Part shown: piece after piece, positions 56,681 to 64,000 of the stretch | Layout: each line of letters opens with the position of its first letter | Position numbering within the stretch: the stretch's first letter is position 1 | Position numbers and translations under genes: made by a program | Notes under the pieces: model-generated | What the model saw: only the letters and a program-made list of their open reading frames with translations | Told to the model about the DNA's origin: nothing | The model's database searches: none | Assembly: GCF_009914755.1 (NCBI RefSeq) | Contig: NC_060947.1 | Source: the human T2T-CHM13v2.0 reference genome, Homo sapiens | DNA: 64,000 nucleotides | Strand: one strand, 5' to 3'

Positions 56681-57446
56681 TGTTTATGATAGTCAAGGAA
56701 TGATGGTTTCTCAACTTCATTTCATGATGCTTATCACTCAGGAGCAACATCACTTGCTCCTGGAATTTTCAGACGTGTGCCTCAATCACTTTGTCCTTAC
56801 AACTAATGATTATTTCAGCTTCAGTTCCCCAAATAATATGAGGCAGTACTTGCTGTTTTTTTCCACATAAAATTTATCTCCAAGTACTTCTAGGAAAATT
56901 CACTAATAAGTAAAGGTTGAGTACCTGGTGCCTTCTCTATTTGTTCCACCATTTAGGGGAAATTGGACATCAGATGGGCAACTACTTACGTTTATGGTCC
57001 TGTCAATTCTTTCCCTCTTCTTTGGAAGTTCAGGGCTTCATTTGGAACATAAAGAGAATCTTTTTTTTCTTCACATGCAATTTTTTAATCAGGATACCCA
57101 GAGGCAAAATGTATTCATATGAACAGAACACACCCATTAACACAAATTATATTGGAATATAGTATATATTGGTTTATGTTAATCACTTAACCAGACACAA
57201 AGGACAGCATATTCTAAATGATTCTCTGTAATTAATGACTTTAGTGTGGTCATGAAAGTGTAGTTGCAGCCCCCAGTGATGTTCCTCATTAGATCAGTGC
57301 TGCTGACTGCTTCTCTCTCTGAGGCAGGGATCAGGAAAGCACTGCTAACATGGCTGTTTTCTGCAGCAGAACATAGAAGAGGGAGGCCACAACCTAGACT
57401 AGTAAATTAAGGCCTAACTAAAACCACTATAAAAATGGCGTGAATA

Positions 57447-57533
57447 TGCAGTGAGCCGAGATTGCACCACTGCTCTCCAGCCTGGGCGACAGAGCAAGAC
57501 TCCGTCTCAAAAACAAACAAACAAACAAAAAAA
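57447..57533 (+). mobile_element. Severely 5'-truncated Alu (~62-bp body) with (AAAC)n tail
   Basis: tgcagtgagccgagattgcacc...gactccgtctc; TSD aaaaatggcgtgaata/aaaaaaggcataaata. Confidence 0.92.
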
Positions 57534-58526
57534 GGCATAAATAAATAATTAAAACACTAAGGGTTGGGTTAATACTTCTTGGTTTTTAACAATTTTATTT
57601 AGCATTTGATTTTCTAATTATTATAGGAATATAGTTAAAAATGGCAGATTAAACAACCACATTTTAACTTTACGCCTTTTCACAGTCTATTAAAATGGGA
57701 AAAGGAACAAAAAACTTCAAATCCGTAATAATAGAGAATATGGATGAGAAAATGATACAAAAAATGAATTGTCAAAAATGTTGCGAGATGGAGAGATAAG
57801 AGGTAACTGAATTAGCACAATGGAGATAGATGAAAACCACTTCCAGCAGCAGGAACTGTAAACAAGGTATCATTTTTCTCAGATTTGTCAGTTTCCTCAG
57901 AGAAGGATGCCACAACCTCCTGTTTGAGAGATAGAAAACTGGCTGCTGATGTTCTGGCATCCAAGTGGGAAATAGGGTTAGAATGTCATTGATAACTATG
58001 CCAATTTTCATTTAGTTTTCTTGTTTTCAATCTGTGTAAAGCTGACTTGTGCTGTATCATTCCATCTTGGAAAGGCTTAGAAATTAGAGGTACCAGGTAC
58101 CTCTGGAAGCAGAAATGCAGTCCAGATGGACTACAAATAGTAGTAGTGATAAATCGTGTATATTCAGGAGCTGTATGGCTACCAAGATCCTCTTCAAAAC
58201 CCATAAGCAGAAGATCGTAGTTTTCATCTCTGCAGAGATTGAGGAGGTTGGACTTAAAGAAACTCTGGACTTGCAGAAGCTAGATGCAGTTCAGGGTGAA
58301 GTACCAGATTTAACATAGGGTAAGTAAGTAAAAATCAACATAGTGAACCATGAGATTCTACTTCCATTTTCCAACTTGGATGCCAGAACACTGGCAGTCA
58401 AATTTCTCTACTCTAATCAGGAGGTAGGAGCTTCATTCTTTGGGGAAACTGGCAGACTTAAGAAATAAGATACCTTAACAAAAGACAGGATTTTTATCTC
58501 ATTTCACGGTGACGCCCACCAGTTAA

Positions 58527-58829
<303 letters not shown>

Positions 58830-59308
58830 TGCATTCCTCTACTCTTAAACCCCCCATCACTTCTAGTCCATATTTTAGTGGTTCATTTACCCTTAAATAT
58901 AAACTGGCATCCATGTTTTAGTAGACATCAAATAAAACATTTGACCTAAAAGATAAGACAAAAATAAAAAAAAAAAATGAGAGAGAGTTGGAGGAGATAA
59001 TATATAAAGGAGAAGGAAAGAGAGAAGAAACTATTGATGAAACAAGAATATGCTATTAAAACAAATATTCAAAGAGTGGTATTTGAAATTTTAAAAAGTG
59101 GTAGCAGAATCAATTTGGCAATTGAAGGGTGAGGAGGGACATAAAGGTAACAAAATCTTTCTGAAAGACGAATAGTGAAAGATTCAATAAATTTGAAGAG
59201 ATGGAAAAATAGGAGAGAAGATGTAAGAAACTTAGAGATCAATTCAAGAAGTCTAACATCAGCTCATTGGAGAAAACACAAGGAGAGAAATGTAGGGACC
59301 ACACGAGC

Positions 59309-59398
59309 TTTTAGAGATAAAACACTTAAAAATAAGTCACATCCCAAGAAATGTTTTAGAGATAAAACACTTAAAAATAAGTCACATCCCAAGAAATG
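59309..59398. repeat. Perfect 45-bp tandem duplication
   Basis: ttttagagataaaacacttaaaaataagtcacatcccaagaaatg x2. Confidence 0.98.
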
Positions 59399-59988
59399 GG
59401 AATCAGAATGACATCAGAAATCTTAACAAAAATGGAATCTAAAAGCAATGGAGAAAAGGAGGACTTTTTTTTTTTTCCCAATCTATGATTCCAAACCAAG
59501 CCAAACCATTCTTCAAATATGATGAGAGATTAAAGATAGTTTAGACATGCAGGATCTCAAAAAAAAATCTACCTCTTAAACATCCTTTCTTAAGAAGCTA
59601 CTGAAAGATGTACTACACTAAAGCAAGGGGTTCCACCGCTAGTGAGAAAGACTTGAGATCGAGAAAACAGAAGATTCCACATAGGAGAGAGGAGAAAATG
59701 ATTCATTCAGATTAGGATATGAGGAAATTCTATGATAATAGTTCTGCATCAGGCAGAGAGGGCAAAGAGGGCAGTCAGTCCAGACTGAAACGGGATAACT
59801 GAGAGTACTAAGAAAGTGTCATAATAGAGGAAAAAATTGAACCAACAAGCAACCTTATTTGTTTGATTGTAATAAAAGGGTTTAATCTCTGGAAGAGATT
59901 TTGGGATTAGATTAGGAAGAGGCCTATGCTTATTGTGTGCAGGTATATGTATATATAATATTATTTATAATATATTATATATTATATA

Positions 59989-60195
59989 CAGTTGGCCCTC
60001 TGTATCTGTGGGTTCTGCATTCTTGGAGTCAACCAACTGCCAAGCAAAAATATTAAAGAAAATTTTCACAAAGTTCCAAAAAGCAAAACTTAAATATTAT
60101 AAGTAACCTAGAGATTATTTAAAGTATATGGGAGAATAGAGGGTATACGCAAATACATCCCGAAGCCAATTCCCATGGGTATATAAGGACAGCTG
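59989..60195 (-). mobile_element. MER2B-type Tigger MITE (internally deleted) in a TA-rich site
   Basis: cagttggccctctgtatctgtgggttctgcat...cacaaagttccaaaaagcaaaact...ataagtaacctagagattatttaaagtata. Confidence 0.8.
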
Positions 60196-60989
60196 CTTAT
60201 GTATGTATATATGTATATTATATATGATATAATTTTATGTATGTAATAAAATGTACTAAAATATATGTAGGAGCAAGGTCATTATTGATTCCTTCAAAAC
60301 AAAAACAGTTTTAAGGAACGTAAATGTAATCATAGTATATACTATAGCTCATATCTGATTACTATTTATATAGTTGTCATAATGGAAACACTGACAAGTC
60401 ATGTAGTCAAAAATTAAAATTATGAGGGAACTATATTTAGAAGATGGCTAGAAAACTGCATTTGAGTGTGAAGTTGAAAAAATAGTGATACAAATAGCTA
60501 AATTTCCTCCTCTTCCTAGTTGGAATTTTATAGCGTATATAACTGAAAATTTTGGAAATAGCAATAAAACATGTTATTTCGAAATGTGGAGACAACACTG
60601 GAAAAAAAAATCTCAAATTTTAAATTGGTTACCACCATGGCAAGGGGAGTGAAATTATTGTACCATAGAGCCCACCAATGATTTTTTATAAGCTTTGTGA
60701 TAGTATTTGATTATTCAAATTGTATTCATCCTTTACTTTGGTTAAAATAAAATTTCTTTGAAATTGGGTATTTTGTAATGCAGAATACGCCGTAAGAAAT
60801 AAAAACTGCATTACTTTCAATTTACCACCCCAAAAATTCTGTCTCCATCTTCTGTATCAATCAAATGGTTTGTATTTGTTTTCTGTTATCACACCACATA
60901 AAAGTGGCTGATATTTATTTCCCCAAACTTTCAGAGTATGTTTGGGATGTACTGGTTTAAAATTAAGGGTATGTAAACAATAAAATTCA

Positions 60990-61515
60990 CTTGAGGACCC
61001 AGAGATGAGCACTTCAAAGGGCAAGACAGATGGCTTATTAACACATGAAATGTCTTATTGGTGAAATGCAAATAGAAACCACAATGAGCTATTATTTCAC
61101 ACCCACAATGGTGGCTATAATAAACATCAGACAATAATAAGTGTGGGTGAGGATGTAGCAAATCGAAGCCCCCATACATTGCTGATAGGAATGTAAAATA
61201 ATGCAAGCCCTTTGAAATAGGTTAGCATTTCTTCAAAAAGTTAAACATAGATTTACCAGATGACTTAGCAATTCCACCCCTTGTTATATATACAGTAGAA
61301 TTAAAAACATACAGGCCAGGTGCAGTGGCTCTTACCTGTAATCCCAGCATTTTGGAAGGCCAAGGTAAGAGGATCATTTGAGTCCAGGAGTTCCAGATTA
61401 ACCTGGGCAAAATAATGAGACTTCATCTATACAAAAAATCCAATTTTTAGTTTTTTAAAATTAAAACAAAACCACAGATGTTCACAGAAGCATTATTCAT
61501 AATAGCCAAATGTAG
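60990..61515 (+). mobile_element. Old L1M ORF2 3' fragment interrupted by an Alu monomer
   Basis: gaaatgcaaatagaaaccacaatgag...ggaatgtaaaat...cttcaaaaagttaaacataga. Confidence 0.75.
61314..61440 (+). mobile_element. Alu left monomer (FLAM_C-like)
   Basis: ggccaggtgcagtggctc...aggatcatttgagtccaggagttc...catctatacaaaaaa; no right monomer. Confidence 0.85.
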
Positions 61516-61860
61516 AAGTGTTTTGTGTTCAAGATGTTTGTCTTTTGTTCCAGTACTTTTTTTTGTTCTGACTTTTTATATTTAGCAGTATTCAACACAT
61601 GAGATTTATCATAAAAAAATTATCAAGTAGAAACTTTACTTAACTTTAACATAGTTAGCTAATTTTTCTAATACCATTAGTGAATTGCTTTATTCTTTTT
61701 CCAGTTATTTTATCATGGACTTGGTTTGTTTCTGGATTTTCTAGTCTTAACTTTTTGTCTGAACACTTTCATATGTAAACATATATACATATGTATACAT
61801 GTGTATGTGTGTGTGTTTATCTAGACGAACAAGCTAATGTAATTAGACAAAGCTCTAAAA

Positions 61861-62057
61861 CGGGTGTCCAATCTTTTGGCTACCTTGTGTCACATTGGAA
61901 GGAGAGAAAATACACTAACACTAATGATAGCCAATGCACTAAAAAAATGCAAAAAAATCTCACAATGTTTTAGGAAAATTTATGAATTTGCATTGGGCCA
62001 CTTTCAAAGCTTTTCTGGGCTCCATGTGGCCCACAGGCTGCGGTTTAGACAAGCTTG
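61861..62057 (+). mobile_element. MER30 (hAT MITE)
   Basis: gggtgtccaatcttttggct...tagacaagcttg; perfect 8-bp TSD ctctaaaa. Confidence 0.92.
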
Positions 62058-62229
62058 CTCTAAAATAAGAGTTATAAATAAATAGAAAGGGAGAAACTAA
62101 ATTGGCCTTATTTGCCAATTATATGACAATGTACATATAAAACCAAGACTATAAGACGAAAGAGTGAATAAAACCTAAAAGTTTCCATAGTTTCTGGAAA
62201 AATGGCTGATTCCAGGGATGAAACAGGAA

Positions 62230-63690
<1,461 letters not shown>

Positions 63691-63779
63691 CTTTTCAATA
63701 GTAAATTTGCTGTCAACAGAAAGAAATCGGGGAAAAGGGAAAAATATTAAAGAACAAGCAGAAAAAGAAATGAAAAAAG

Positions 63780-64000
63780 TAAAATGCTGTTGGTGATAAT
63801 GTAAAATGATGCAACTGCTTTGGAAACAGGATGGGCGTTGCTCGAAAAAATAACAGAATTATCATATGATCCAGAAATTCCACATTTAAATATACATTAA
63901 AGAGAACTGAAAGCAAAATCTTGAAGACATATTTGCACATCCATATTCAAAGCAGCATAATTCACAATAGGCAATATGAAGCAATCCATATGCCCATCGA
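63780..64000 (+). mobile_element. Old L1M ORF2 3' fragment, cut by window end
   Basis: aatgtaaaatgatgcaactgctttggaaa...atatgatccagaaattccac...atatttgcacatccatattca. Confidence 0.8.

Overview
AT-rich, CpG-depleted primate genomic DNA, most likely human (AluJ/S/Y, L1PA, THE1, MER11, LTR2 and MLT2A1 are all present). I see no recognisable protein-coding exon, RNA gene, CpG island or CRISPR array. The supplied ORFs are translations of Alu, L1, MaLR or ERV sequence, or short chance ORFs. Most of the window is layered transposon debris: a full THE1D-type MaLR carrying a nested THE1B LTR, two independent MER11 solo LTRs, LTR2, MLT2A1, an LTR-less ERVL pol segment inside an L2, long L1M/L1MA/HAL1 relics, DNA transposon MITEs and about 13 Alus. 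The observations least explained by these features are: a possible highly decayed Gypsy-type integrase at about 1.7-2.3 kb; an old ~170-bp inverted duplication inside HAL1; an A-B-A...B templated rearrangement near 62.5 kb; an AT-rich expansion inside one MER11; and several local tandem duplications. I found no convincing new biological system. Subfamily names come from recalled consensus sequences and need RepeatMasker/Dfam confirmation.
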